From the IMG/VR virus record IMGVR_UViG_3300029825_000015, positions 1-46,576 of that record: a stretch of 46,576 nucleotides of DNA, one strand, 5' to 3'. Below are positions 28,047 to 39,600 of this stretch, in pieces. The number at the start of each line of letters is the position of its first letter. The first letter of the stretch is position 1. The DNA comes from a virus. Lineage: Duplodnaviria > Caudoviricetes. A model generated the notes under the pieces. The model was given only the letters and a program-made list of their open reading frames with translations, ran no database searches and was not told where the DNA came from. A program made the translations under genes and the position numbers.

Positions 28047-31000
28047 ATGGATAAATTTGGTATATTGTTATTGGCTGCCCTAGAAAAAAATGTTGGTAAA
28101 AGCATTCAAGATCAATTAAATCAGATAAAAGATTTATCTATAAATGACGTTAAGATAAAAATTAACGCAGATAATATTCAATCCGAATTAAAGAAATTTG
28201 AAAATAAAGCTAAAGGTACAAAAATTGAAATCTTTGATTCAGAAAAGTTAGACGAACAGGGTAGAAAATATTTTACCAAAACAACTAATATTTTAAAACA
28301 GGTTAAAGATTATTATAAAAAGAATGGCGCTATTAGCGTTGATATTAAAGATACCGAAAAAAGTAATGGTCAGATTAGAAAATTTACTGCTACTGTAACT
28401 GAAGCTACTGGGGTAATTAATAAATTTAATTTTGAACGTGCAAAAATTAATACTGGCGGTGCAAAACCTAATTATGGTTTTGTTCAGTCTGAATTAGTAA
28501 CCTCACTTGATAAATTATCTGGAACAAAACTTAAGCAGACAGAAGATTATTTAAGTAGAATTAGTAATAAAATTAAGGATATTAACAGTAAAGCATTTAA
28601 TCAGTCCAATCCGCTAATAACTGAAGATACAACAAGTAAATATAATAATAAATTAGATGAAACATTAACTCGAATTAACGATATTAGATCCTCTTCTATT
28701 ATATTGTCAGATACTCATAAACGTGATATTAACAATATGGTAGCTGATTTGGAGAGGTACCTTAAGGAATTAAAAGAGTTACAATATGCCGCTACCAAAT
28801 TAAAACCAGATACATTTCAAGATACAAAAGCTACATTACAAGCACAATTAAAGACAAATACTCAGAAATGGACTCAAAGTGGTATTCTTAGTGGTGACTT
28901 TAAGAGAAAAGTAGAAGAAGCCAAGCAGTTACTAGATAATGCCACTGATCCATCACAATTAAATAAGTTTCATGCAGAATTCAAATTATTAAATGAAGAT
29001 TTTAAGCAAACTAGAGATGCAGAAGCTTACGCCAATCAATTAGAAAACATTAAATTACGTGCTAGTGGTGCCGGTCAAAGTTTTCAAGCATATTTAAGTA
29101 AATTAAAACCAAGTGCACTAAGGGAATTTTCAATTGAGATTCAAAATATTTCAGATCAATTTGATAAAGTAGCTAAAACTGGTGATAAAGTTGAATTTAG
29201 TAATGCTAATAGTAAATTAGCAGAATTTAAATCAACTATGAAAGCCACTGGAAATGAAACTGCTTCATTTACTCAGATAATTAAACAGAATATTCAAGCA
29301 TTTTTAAATTGGTATTTAATCGGTAATGTAGTATCAAATACTGTAAGGCAAATCAAACAAATGGTCGTCAATGTTGTAGAACTAGATGACAGTTTAGTAG
29401 AATTACGAAAGGTATCAGACCTAACAGGTAAATCATTAAATAATTTTGTTAAGGATGCATATGATGCTGGTGAAGCAGTAGCTCGTACTGGTAAGGATGT
29501 TGTTGACGCTACAACCCAATATAAACGTGCAGGATATCAGCTTGAAGAGAGCTTTGATTTAGCTAAAACAAGTTTAGTTATGATGAACGTTGGTGATGGT
29601 ATTAGCTCAGTGGAGCAGGCTGCTTCATCATTAATAGCTATATTAAAGGGTTTTAAGTTATCTGCTACAGATGCTATGTCAGTAGTTGATATGATCAATA
29701 ATGTATCCAATAATGCTGCTATTGATTTTGATAACATAGCTGATGGATTACGAAGAGTATCTGGTACTTTATCGCAAACAGGTACATCAATTCAGCAAAC
29801 TATAGCATTACTTACTGGTGGTTTTAGTCAGCTCCGTAATATAGAATTGGTATCAAGAGGTTTAGTTACTATTTCTCAAAGATTACGTGGTGTGAGTGAA
29901 ACTGGAGAAACAATTGATGGGCTATCTGCTAAATTACAAAGTACATTTAAAAGAATTGCTGGAATAGACATAGAAACTGCTACTGGCTTACGTTCCACTT
30001 ATGATATTTTACAGGATATGGCGAATGTATTCCCGACATTAACAGAAAGACAAAGACAATATCTTGGTGAACTTGCAGCTGGTAAGGATCAGGTTAAAGT
30101 ACTTAATAGTATTTTGAATGGTTGGGAAGATGTCGACAAAGCTACTTCTTTTGCTCTTAATGCAGAAGGATCTGCTTTAGAAGAAAACGAGAAAGTTCTC
30201 GATAGTATTCAGGGAAAAGTAAATGCATACAAATCAGCTTTCCAATCTTTATCTAATGATATTGTAGATGAAGATCTTATTAAATTTATTGTAGATTCTG
30301 GTACTAATATTTTAAAATTATTAGATGATACAATTGAAAAATTGGGACTATTTCCAACTTTAATAACAGCTATTTCTGGTGTTATTAGTGCTAAAAATGC
30401 TGGATTTTTAAGATATGATAGTATAAATGGATGGTCAAATGCATTTAGTTCTTTTATTAAAAATGCAAAATCAGCTAAAACAGTAATGTCTAATGAATTA
30501 GCTAATGAATTTGTAAAATTTAGGGATGAAATGATTAGGACAGGCAAGAGTGCGGAAGTACTTGCTGAGGAATTTGGTTCTAATGTTACACCAGCTATTA
30601 TAGAATTTGCTAAAACTGGAGATGCTAGTTCATTAACTATTAAGGATTTTGAACATTATTTAAATGGTATGACCGTTTCTGCTCAAGCTGCTTCAGTAGC
30701 TATGAAAGCATTGTCTATAGCCGTTAATATGCTTATTGGCTTAGGCATTAGTTTGGCTATTCAAGGTATTGTAACCGGAATAACCAAATTGGTTAATGCT
30801 AATCAGGATGCTATAGATAAAGCAGAAGAACTAACAAAAAAATATCAAGATATGATGGATACCCTTAATGCGAATCAAGGTACTGTTGAAGGTTTAAAGG
30901 AAGAATTCGAAAAATTATCCAAGGGTGTTAGTGACAGCGGTAAAAATATATCTTTATCTACAGATGAATACAAAAGATACCAAGATATTGTAAATACAAT

Positions 31001-34000
31001 AGTTGCAATAAGTCCTGAATTAGTAAAAGGTTATGATAATGAAGGAAATGCTATTGCAGATAAGAACTCTTTAATTGAAGAATCTATAAGATTAATACAA
31101 GAAGAACGTAGAGAAAAGTTATTAGATCAGACAACAGATAAAAACAACTGGACAATAGCTAAAGGTAATATAGCATCATTAGATCAGGAACGTAAAGAAG
31201 CAAAAAAATCAAGAGATCAAGTTGTATCTGAATTATTAAGGTCAATGACTCATGACAAAAACGGAAAGTATATAAATGATTTGTCAGAAGAAATATATGA
31301 TTCGTTTATGTCTGCATTTCAATTAACAGAAAATAAGATGATAGATAAATCATCTACTTCTGGTTATTCTGGCTTGCTTACAGCAGTTTTAGCACATGAC
31401 GATAATCGTAAAAAGATTATTGATGCATTAGAAAACGATTTTAGTGTTGTTAATCAGTTTGTTGATGGAGTAGATCTAACAAATATCACCAAAGAATATC
31501 AAGACTATGTAAGATCATTAAAAGATGTAGAAAATGCAGAACAATCATTTAATAGTCAATTAAAATTGGTAGCTCAATCATCTGATTATTATGATAAATT
31601 ATCTGAAGCAACACGAAATTTTGTTAATACTTATATTGATGGTTTCAGATTAACAGGAAAAGAAACAAGCGATCAAATAGAGAAAATGACAAACTCTATT
31701 TTATACTTTGTTGAGACTTTATCTAATAATTCAGATGCTCAGATTAAGATAGAACAGTTATTTAATTTAAAGAGTAATTTACCTGTTGATGAATATGTAA
31801 AACAATATCAAGAAATTGTAGAAGAAATAATTAAAGCTATAGATGGTGCTGACGGAACAGGATTAAGTACAGAAGAAGAAATAAGTATTCGTACAAAACT
31901 GAATTTTAAAATTGATAATACAATTAATCTACGTCAAGCCGTTAATGATAAATTAAAAGAATTAGGTATATCAGATAGTGATAATTATATCGGTGAATTG
32001 TCTGCTGCTGATTTAAAAATTGTTTATAGCTTTGTAGCAGATGAAAATACATTTACTTCAATTGATGATATAAAAGATAAGCTTGAAGAAGCAAAGCAAT
32101 ATATAGAAGAACCAATATCATTGCAGGTACAATTAGAAAGTGAAGAATTCGGGCAATATCTTGCTGATGTTGATAAAATACGTAATGCAATATCAAAATC
32201 TTCTGAAATGACATCTTCTGAAATTGCTTCTCTCATGAAAGATTTTTCTCAATATTCTGACATATTTGAGCAATTTAGTGTAACAGGAGAAAAAGGTGTT
32301 GGCAACCTTGAAGGTGCGTTGAAGGCGTTGTTAGGAAAAATATACGAAACAACTACCGAAGCGTTAGGATTTAATCAAGTTCTCAAATCAATATATGATG
32401 AGACTATGAATACAACCGATTCAACGTATGAATTATCAAATGCTATGCAAGCATTGTCAGATAGCAATGACTTAATTAAGGATTTAAAAGAAGAATATAA
32501 AGAATTAGGTACTATATCAACAGATTCGCTTAATAGAATTATTAATACATATCCACAGCTTACTCAAGTTGTTACAGATTTTATTACAAAGCAAAAAGAA
32601 GGAACAGATGTAATAGCTGCACTTGATGAAGCTTATAAAATTGATGTAGATAATTATCGTAATGCTGTACTTTCAAAAAAATCGCTAGATAGTGATTTCT
32701 ATAAAGAAACAATAAATAATTTACCTGATTGGGTAAAAAATTTAGCCGATAGTTATCAAATTGATTTAGATAATTATACAAATTTACAAAAAGCAAAATT
32801 AGGTCTTGATAAAGAACTTGCTATGAGACAAACACTACTAAAACCTTTTTCTGATGAAAAATTCATGTCAAATTTACCTTTTGGTGATAGATTGGGTTAC
32901 AATAATATAAAAAGATATTATGAAACCAGTATTAATGATATTCAAAAGATTATTAATAGTATAGACACGAGTTTAGATACATCAATAAATTTAAGGGACT
33001 ATCAAGCACCGCCAGATAAAAAAAGCAAAAAGAAAACTGATCCAAAATGGTTAGTTGATTATAAAAATGCCAAGGCTGACTTAGATCATCGTCTAGCCAT
33101 GGATAAAGTTACAGAAGAAGAATATTATAAAGAGCTTGAAAAATTAACTAATAAGTATTTAAAAAAGCATAAAAAGACACATCTTGATTTATATCGTAAG
33201 AATGTTGAAGAAATCTATAAAGGTATGAAAAAAATAAATTCAGATGCTATTAAAGCTGAATTTTATGATTTAAAATATTCTTTCGATATGGACAAAATAG
33301 ATGAAGATACGTATTATAAAAGACTAAAAGATCTCAATGATAAATATTATAAAGATTCGAGTATTAAAGAGTATCAAGATGCTTATAAATCTAATTTATT
33401 AGAACTACATAAGTGGGAAATTGAGCAAGATGAAAAGAAATTTCAAAAGAAAATTAAATTATATGATAAGTATCTTGAAGAAATAGACCATATTATAAAT
33501 TTTATTGATCCTAATAGTGTTGAGCAAATTACTCTATTACAGACTGGATACGCTCAGGCTTCTAGCAAGGTTAAAGACTTAAATACTGAAATTGACAAAC
33601 TGAATAAGCAATATAGTAAAGGAAAAATTTCAGAAGAAACATATACTAAAAGACTTGAAACATTGACTTCACAACTCTTCTCTGCTACTAATGCAATGAA
33701 GAATTATTCTGATTCAATAATTTCTGCAATGAAAGCTAGGTATGATGAACAACGTAATAGCTTAGAAAAAGCACAAAAAGATGAATTGGATAGTCTCGAA
33801 AATTCGCATAAAAAGATTATTGATAATCTTGAAAAACAGATTAATAAATATAAAGAAATTGTTGATGAAAAGAAAAAATCATTACGTGTTACTAAAGAGG
33901 AACATGAATATCAAAAGAAAATAAATGAACATACAAAAAATATTTCTGATTTAGAATCACGAATTGCTGATTTAAGTAAGGCTGCTACTAGTGGCGATAG

Positions 34001-34970
34001 AGAAGCACAGGCAGAAAAACGTAAACTTGAAGATGAACTAGCTAAAGAGAAAGATAACTTAAAAGAAACACAATATGATAGAGAAGTAGAATTAGCTGAA
34101 GATGCATTGGACGAATCATATGATGCTTATCAGAAAATGCTTAAAAAACAGATTGAAGATCAAAACGATATTTATGAAAGAAAAAAAACATTAGCTGAAA
34201 AGGAATATAATACAAAGCTTGAAAATATAGAAAAACTTTATGACAATGAAAAACAGTTAATTATTGAAGCAGCGGAGTTAACTGGCTCTGAGTTCTCGAA
34301 AGCATTTACATCTATCAATGAGACATTGTCACAATATGGTATGAGTGTATCAGATGATTTCAAAAATGTTTATAATTCTATTGGTAATTCAATATCTGGC
34401 ATAGCTAAGGTATCTAGTATACTTGGTGATGGTTCTAAAAAGGGCAAAGATACTAGTGGTTTAAGTCAGCTTAATCAATGGCTAGGATCTAGAGGATATA
34501 ACACTGTTAATAAAAAGCAAATGGTTGAGATTGCACAGGCACTAGGACTGACAGAAATTAAAAGTGTTAAAGATGTACAGGATACACCTGCCGGACGTAA
34601 AAATAAAAATCTTATTTTAAAAGCGTTAAAGGATGCAAAATTTGAGTCAGGCGGATATATAGATGCAAGTATGGTTAGAAGTGTTGGAGAACATGGATTA
34701 GCATTAGTTAGACATGGAGAATCCGTACTGACGGTTGAACAGGGTAAATTATTTAGAGAATTGATTACTAATATAAAACCTTTAAATAATCTTGTAAAAT
34801 TAAATTCACCTGTTAATCATATGACTAATAATAATGTATCTCCAAAATTTGTATTCAATCTTAATGGAGGTACAATTACTAAGGATGCAATGCCTGACTT
34901 TAACAAAATGGTAAATGATGCGACTGAAAAGGTTACAGTTGAACTATTGAATATGGTACGTAAAAGGTAA
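28047..34970 (+). CDS. Tail tape measure protein
   Basis: ~2300-aa helical protein with TP901-type core (ELDDSLVELRKVSD...); SD AAGGGGTGA favours ATG 28047. Confidence 0.92.
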   Translation: MDKFGILLLAALEKNVGKSIQDQLNQIKDLSINDVKIKINADNIQSELKKFENKAKGTKIEIFDSEKLDEQGRKYFTKTTNILKQVKDYYKKNGAISVDIKDTEKSNGQIRKFTATVTEATGVINKFNFERAKINTGGAKPNYGFVQSELVTSLDKLSGTKLKQTEDYLSRISNKIKDINSKAFNQSNPLITEDTTSKYNNKLDETLTRINDIRSSSIILSDTHKRDINNMVADLERYLKELKELQYAATKLKPDTFQDTKATLQAQLKTNTQKWTQSGILSGDFKRKVEEAKQLLDNATDPSQLNKFHAEFKLLNEDFKQTRDAEAYANQLENIKLRASGAGQSFQAYLSKLKPSALREFSIEIQNISDQFDKVAKTGDKVEFSNANSKLAEFKSTMKATGNETASFTQIIKQNIQAFLNWYLIGNVVSNTVRQIKQMVVNVVELDDSLVELRKVSDLTGKSLNNFVKDAYDAGEAVARTGKDVVDATTQYKRAGYQLEESFDLAKTSLVMMNVGDGISSVEQAASSLIAILKGFKLSATDAMSVVDMINNVSNNAAIDFDNIADGLRRVSGTLSQTGTSIQQTIALLTGGFSQLRNIELVSRGLVTISQRLRGVSETGETIDGLSAKLQSTFKRIAGIDIETATGLRSTYDILQDMANVFPTLTERQRQYLGELAAGKDQVKVLNSILNGWEDVDKATSFALNAEGSALEENEKVLDSIQGKVNAYKSAFQSLSNDIVDEDLIKFIVDSGTNILKLLDDTIEKLGLFPTLITAISGVISAKNAGFLRYDSINGWSNAFSSFIKNAKSAKTVMSNELANEFVKFRDEMIRTGKSAEVLAEEFGSNVTPAIIEFAKTGDASSLTIKDFEHYLNGMTVSAQAASVAMKALSIAVNMLIGLGISLAIQGIVTGITKLVNANQDAIDKAEELTKKYQDMMDTLNANQGTVEGLKEEFEKLSKGVSDSGKNISLSTDEYKRYQDIVNTIVAISPELVKGYDNEGNAIADKNSLIEESIRLIQEERREKLLDQTTDKNNWTIAKGNIASLDQERKEAKKSRDQVVSELLRSMTHDKNGKYINDLSEEIYDSFMSAFQLTENKMIDKSSTSGYSGLLTAVLAHDDNRKKIIDALENDFSVVNQFVDGVDLTNITKEYQDYVRSLKDVENAEQSFNSQLKLVAQSSDYYDKLSEATRNFVNTYIDGFRLTGKETSDQIEKMTNSILYFVETLSNNSDAQIKIEQLFNLKSNLPVDEYVKQYQEIVEEIIKAIDGADGTGLSTEEEISIRTKLNFKIDNTINLRQAVNDKLKELGISDSDNYIGELSAADLKIVYSFVADENTFTSIDDIKDKLEEAKQYIEEPISLQVQLESEEFGQYLADVDKIRNAISKSSEMTSSEIASLMKDFSQYSDIFEQFSVTGEKGVGNLEGALKALLGKIYETTTEALGFNQVLKSIYDETMNTTDSTYELSNAMQALSDSNDLIKDLKEEYKELGTISTDSLNRIINTYPQLTQVVTDFITKQKEGTDVIAALDEAYKIDVDNYRNAVLSKKSLDSDFYKETINNLPDWVKNLADSYQIDLDNYTNLQKAKLGLDKELAMRQTLLKPFSDEKFMSNLPFGDRLGYNNIKRYYETSINDIQKIINSIDTSLDTSINLRDYQAPPDKKSKKKTDPKWLVDYKNAKADLDHRLAMDKVTEEEYYKELEKLTNKYLKKHKKTHLDLYRKNVEEIYKGMKKINSDAIKAEFYDLKYSFDMDKIDEDTYYKRLKDLNDKYYKDSSIKEYQDAYKSNLLELHKWEIEQDEKKFQKKIKLYDKYLEEIDHIINFIDPNSVEQITLLQTGYAQASSKVKDLNTEIDKLNKQYSKGKISEETYTKRLETLTSQLFSATNAMKNYSDSIISAMKARYDEQRNSLEKAQKDELDSLENSHKKIIDNLEKQINKYKEIVDEKKKSLRVTKEEHEYQKKINEHTKNISDLESRIADLSKAATSGDREAQAEKRKLEDELAKEKDNLKETQYDREVELAEDALDESYDAYQKMLKKQIEDQNDIYERKKTLAEKEYNTKLENIEKLYDNEKQLIIEAAELTGSEFSKAFTSINETLSQYGMSVSDDFKNVYNSIGNSISGIAKVSSILGDGSKKGKDTSGLSQLNQWLGSRGYNTVNKKQMVEIAQALGLTEIKSVKDVQDTPAGRKNKNLILKALKDAKFESGGYIDASMVRSVGEHGLALVRHGESVLTVEQGKLFRELITNIKPLNNLVKLNSPVNHMTNNNVSPKFVFNLNGGTITKDAMPDFNKMVNDATEKVTVELLNMVRKR

Positions 34971-34976
34971 TATATT

Positions 34977-35011
34977 AGGCTGCTATTTCTTCATCGGAAT
35001 AGCAGCTTTTT
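34977..35011 (+). terminator. Intrinsic terminator
   Basis: GGCTGCTATT/AATAGCAGCT stem followed by a T tract. Confidence 0.65.
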
Positions 35012-35035
35012 AAAATAATAAAAGGCGGTGTTAAA

Positions 35036-35818
35036 ATGACAATTAATAAAGGTATGAGATTTTTATATGCCGGTCAAGATTCCGAAGAATTTGAAGTAAT
35101 GCTATGTTCTATTGGCAATATAAATACTGAAACAAATGATGAGGAAACTTCTTTAGTAACATCAAAGTCTCCATTTAAAGATTCGTGGGATCTACATTAT
35201 ATTGAAAACACTGCACCACTTAACTTTACATTAACCATAGCTGATATTAATGGTTTATATTTAGATAGTGATAGACAACGTATATTGAAAAGATGGTTAT
35301 GTAAGGATAAAAGATATTGGTTACAGGTAGACCAAGATGATTTAACGGAAGTTTATTATTATTGTATTATGAATAATCCTCGACCGGTTAATAATGCTAA
35401 ATTTACAGGTGGAATGGAATTAAATGTTATATGTGACTGTGGACATGCATGGTCATATTTACATAAAGAATTTTATGAAACAAACAATGGTGTATTGACT
35501 TTTGATTTTAATAATGTGGCTGATTATGATAATTATATTTTATATCCAACAGTGATAATTAATCCAACTAAAAACGGTAATATATCTATTAGAAACAATA
35601 CTACTGGTGACGAAGTTGTAATTAAAAATTGTATAACTAATGAAATTATAACAATTGACGGCAGAAGCGACAATGCAGAGACTACTTCTTATAGACGGTT
35701 GCTTGATGATTGGAATAAAAATGTTGTTGAATTAATTACTGGTGTTAATAACTTGACTCTTACAGGTAATTTTAAAATGTTATTTGAATATAGAATGCCA
35801 ATAAGGGTTGGTGGATGA
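35036..35818 (+). CDS. Distal tail protein (Dit-like)
   Basis: Follows tape measure; FLYAGQDSEEF start, YPTVII and LITGVNNLTL Dit-like motifs. Confidence 0.78.
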   Translation: MTINKGMRFLYAGQDSEEFEVMLCSIGNINTETNDEETSLVTSKSPFKDSWDLHYIENTAPLNFTLTIADINGLYLDSDRQRILKRWLCKDKRYWLQVDQDDLTEVYYYCIMNNPRPVNNAKFTGGMELNVICDCGHAWSYLHKEFYETNNGVLTFDFNNVADYDNYILYPTVIINPTKNGNISIRNNTTGDEVVIKNCITNEIITIDGRSDNAETTSYRRLLDDWNKNVVELITGVNNLTLTGNFKMLFEYRMPIRVGG

Positions 35819-35821
35819 TAG

Positions 35822-35857
35822 AAAGCAAAGAGATTTTTATTTTATCTCTTTGCTTTT
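35822..35857. terminator. Bidirectional terminator
   Basis: AAAGCAAAGAGAT/ATCTCTTTGCTTT between convergent genes. Confidence 0.7.
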
Positions 35858-35862
35858 ATTAA

Positions 35863-36579
35863 TTAAATATCAATATGAAGTTGACCTTCAAAATATATTG
35901 GTGCTTTATTTATATAAGCGTTACCTCTATAGTCTACAGAATTAAATGTCAGATTATAGTCTATATATGTTTCTTCATTTACTAAAAAGTAATTATTAAG
36001 TATGCTTTTATAATATACAGTTTTTTCTTCTCCTGACTTAATTGTAATATTTTCTGAGATTTCTGTATTGTTTGGTGATTCGTATAATTTAACAATAGAT
36101 GATTGTTCCACATTATCCTTGTTAAATACAAATGCATTTTTAGTAAGTATTACATCATGTTCACTTGTATTGTTAATTGTCATTGCAACAGTATTTGTAA
36201 TATTATTATCGTCAAGAACAGTTTCGTCAATATTAATTTTAGAATCAAACATAACTTGTTGTTTTACACTTACATTTAATACATATTTTGCATTTCCGGA
36301 AGTTCCTGTTATTTTTACATCTCCCATTGTGATGCCGGTGACTACACCTTTTTTGTTAACTTTAGCGATATCAGGATTCGAAGATTTCCATGTTATTTTA
36401 TTTTTGTTTCCAGATATGCTAAGTTTAATTGTATCACCAATATATATATCTGTAGATTTTTCATCTAACACAATGGATTTAGATGCAGCTGATACATTCA
36501 AAACAGGAATAAAGTTAAAGATACAAAATGATAATACAAATAATGTAATTAATGTTTTTATTGAATTAAACTTTTTCAA
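35863..36579 (-). CDS. Secreted Ig-like (Big_2) domain protein, moron
   Basis: Signal peptide (MKK, hydrophobic core, VSA cleavage); ITWKSSNPDIAKVNKKGVVTG Big_2 motif; GAGGAG SD. Confidence 0.85.
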   Translation of the reverse strand: MKKFNSIKTLITLFVLSFCIFNFIPVLNVSAASKSIVLDEKSTDIYIGDTIKLSISGNKNKITWKSSNPDIAKVNKKGVVTGITMGDVKITGTSGNAKYVLNVSVKQQVMFDSKINIDETVLDDNNITNTVAMTINNTSEHDVILTKNAFVFNKDNVEQSSIVKLYESPNNTEISENITIKSGEEKTVYYKSILNNYFLVNEETYIDYNLTFNSVDYRGNAYINKAPIYFEGQLHIDI

Positions 36580-36611
36580 TTTTATCTCCTCTCATTTGTA
36601 TTGTATATTAA

Positions 36612-36640
36612 ATTATACCACAATAATACAAATTTTGCAA
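36612..36640 (-). promoter_or_regulatory. Sigma-A promoter of the first Ig-like moron
   Basis: TTGCAA, 17-nt spacer, TATAAT with TG extension. Confidence 0.8.
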
Positions 36641-36661
36641 CTATTAACTGAAAGGCGGTGA

Positions 36662-39600
36662 GTGATTTTGATATTTAGATACGATAAAAATCATAAATTG
36701 AGACAGAATCAAATTTTCTTGGCTAATCCTCAAAAAGATTATATTGGTGTTCTGACAAGTGCTAAGAATATTAAAGTAACTTTATTTATGAATGATCTTA
36801 ATACTGCTTCATTTCGAATTTATAAATTTGAAAATAATATAGAAAATAAGAATTATACCGAACTTGAAATAAAAAGATTAGTTGAAATTAGATATATTGG
36901 ATGGTTTCAAATTTCTAATGTCAAAGAACATGATGACGGAATGTATTCATATAAAGATATTACATGTATAGCATTAGAGAACGAATTAACCGGTAAGCGT
37001 ATAGATGATATTAAGGGTGTTTTTGCATTATATGATATTACCGACACTGAACATAGTTTATTACATATAATTACAAGACAGACTGATTGGAAAATTGGAC
37101 ACGTAGATAATGAGTTAGTCGAAAAATGGCGTACATTTTCAATAGACTCTAATAAAATATATAATTTTCTTGTACAGGATGTAAGCAAATCATTTAGTTG
37201 TTTATTTTTATTTGATGTTTATGAAAAGACTATCAATGCTTATAAATTAAGTAATTATGGTGAATTAACAGATATCATTATTTCAAAAAAAAATATATTA
37301 CAAGAATATATTAGAGAATCAAGTTTGGATAATATTATTACAAAACTTCGTGTAACAGGCGCAGATGGATTAGATATTCGTGCGGTAAATCCTACTGGTT
37401 CAAATTATATTATCAACGTAAATTATTTTAAGAATACTGGTTGGATGTCACAAGGACTTGTAGATGCATTAGATAATTATGAAAATGCGCTTAATTCTAT
37501 TGCAAAAACATATACTACTACTCTCTCACTTTATAAACAACGGCAGAGCGAATTAACTGTATTAAATGCAGATTTAGAGACACTAAATGCAAATAAAAAA
37601 GCAAAGGAAAATGTTCAGGGTTCATATGTTCAATTATACAATGGCACTCCTCCTTCAACATCTAATGAGTATCAATTATACATAGAAGCAGTAAACGAAT
37701 TAGCAGATACAAATAGACAAATCGCAATTAAAAAAAAAGAAATTCTTAATAAGGAAAATCAAATTGATGACATTAGACAGCAATTAGATGACATCGGTAC
37801 ATCATTAGATCAATCTAAATATTTTACGAAAGCACATTTGACTGAACTTGAAGTATTTTTAACTGAGAATGATGAATATCAAGATTCAACTTTTATTGCC
37901 ACAGATACTATGACAGCAGAAGAAATTATTGATATGAAGCTAGAGTTGTTAGAAAATGCTAAAGAAGAATTAAAAAGGGCAAGTCAACCTCAGTATACGG
38001 TAGAAATATTAGCAAGTAATTTGTATTCAATCATTGATGATGATACTAGAAAATTGTCTTATGACAAATGGAAAGAGCAACTTCAATTAGGAAATATAAT
38101 AACAATTAAATTTGAAAAAGGGTATATTACAACTGCTAGGCTGATAAAGATTGAAATAGATTTTGATAATTTGGCTGATTTAAAACTTACATTTAGTGAT
38201 AAGAGTAGATTTGATAATGAACTTACTGAACTTGGTGAATTAATTGCGGATGCTGGAAGAACTTCTAATTCTATGTCATTATCTAAATTTGGATGGGATA
38301 AAGCATCTAAGTTAACTTCTCCTGTTCAAGAATTTATAACTAGCACTTTAAATGCCACAGTTAATGCTATACAATCCAATGACAATCAAGATATGTATTT
38401 TGATACCTATGGTTTACATATGCGCAAATGGTTACCAGATCAAAATAAATATGACGATAAACAAGCGTGGTGGACTAACAATATATTGTTATTCTCTGAT
38501 GATGGTTTTAAGTCTGCTAAAACTGGTATAGGACAATTTACTACTGAAGCAGGTGAAACATTTTATGGATTTATAGGTGAAGCAATTATTAGTAACATTG
38601 TTGCATCTGAATCTTTAACTATAAAGAATGCCAATAATACATTTATTGTAGATAAAAATGGTGCTTTATTGATTGATGCTAATTTTACAATTACAAGAGG
38701 AAATAACAAAATAGTTCTCGATCCTATAGAAGGATTTAGTATTTATAATAAAAGTGATAAAGTTATATTCCTCGATTCCAATGGTGATGCAAATTTTAAA
38801 GGGCATATTACCGCTAGTAGTATTACATTAACAAATGCTATTGGTCTAACTATTAATAATGGTAATGGAACTTTTACAGTAAGTGCAGATGGTCATATTC
38901 ACGCTGAATCCGGTGATATTGCAGGATTTATTATGGATAATAATGTTTTGTGGGCAGGTGAAGGTACTAAATATATTAGGATAAGTTCTGATCATACTTA
39001 TATAAATGATCAGTATGGTGCTATTGACTTAGGACTTTCACCTGAAATAAATCCTAGTACTGGAATGAAAGATACCATTATACACCTTAGATCAGATGGA
39101 TATGCACGTTTTGGATTAAACGCACTAGATGGATCAGTTAAATTCAACTATAAAGATCAAGATTTTACCGGTAAGAATAAAACATTTACATTTTATACAA
39201 AAAACTTTAGAATAGCTAATGATGGATTGGTAACTTCGACTGGTATAAACTTAAAAAACGGTAGTCCAATACGTGGATATAGTACAAACGGTATTCCTCA
39301 TAATTTAGTTAATTTTTCTCCCAATGATAATGTAGTTGTTGGACAGGAAAACGATCCTCAAAATACACATATTTATGGATTAGATGAACTTGCATTCTAT
39401 ATTGGATCAGATAATAATAAAGCATTTATTATGAGTCCAGATAAATTTAGTTTTAAATTGCCTATAGAGCTAAATGGTAATTTAGATGTTGCAGGTGATT
39501 TAGGAGTTAAAGGTAATGAAACTGTGTCTGGAAATTTAAGTGTAAGTGGGAAAACTACAACTAATACTCTATCATCTTCTGGTAATATTACAATGGGAGG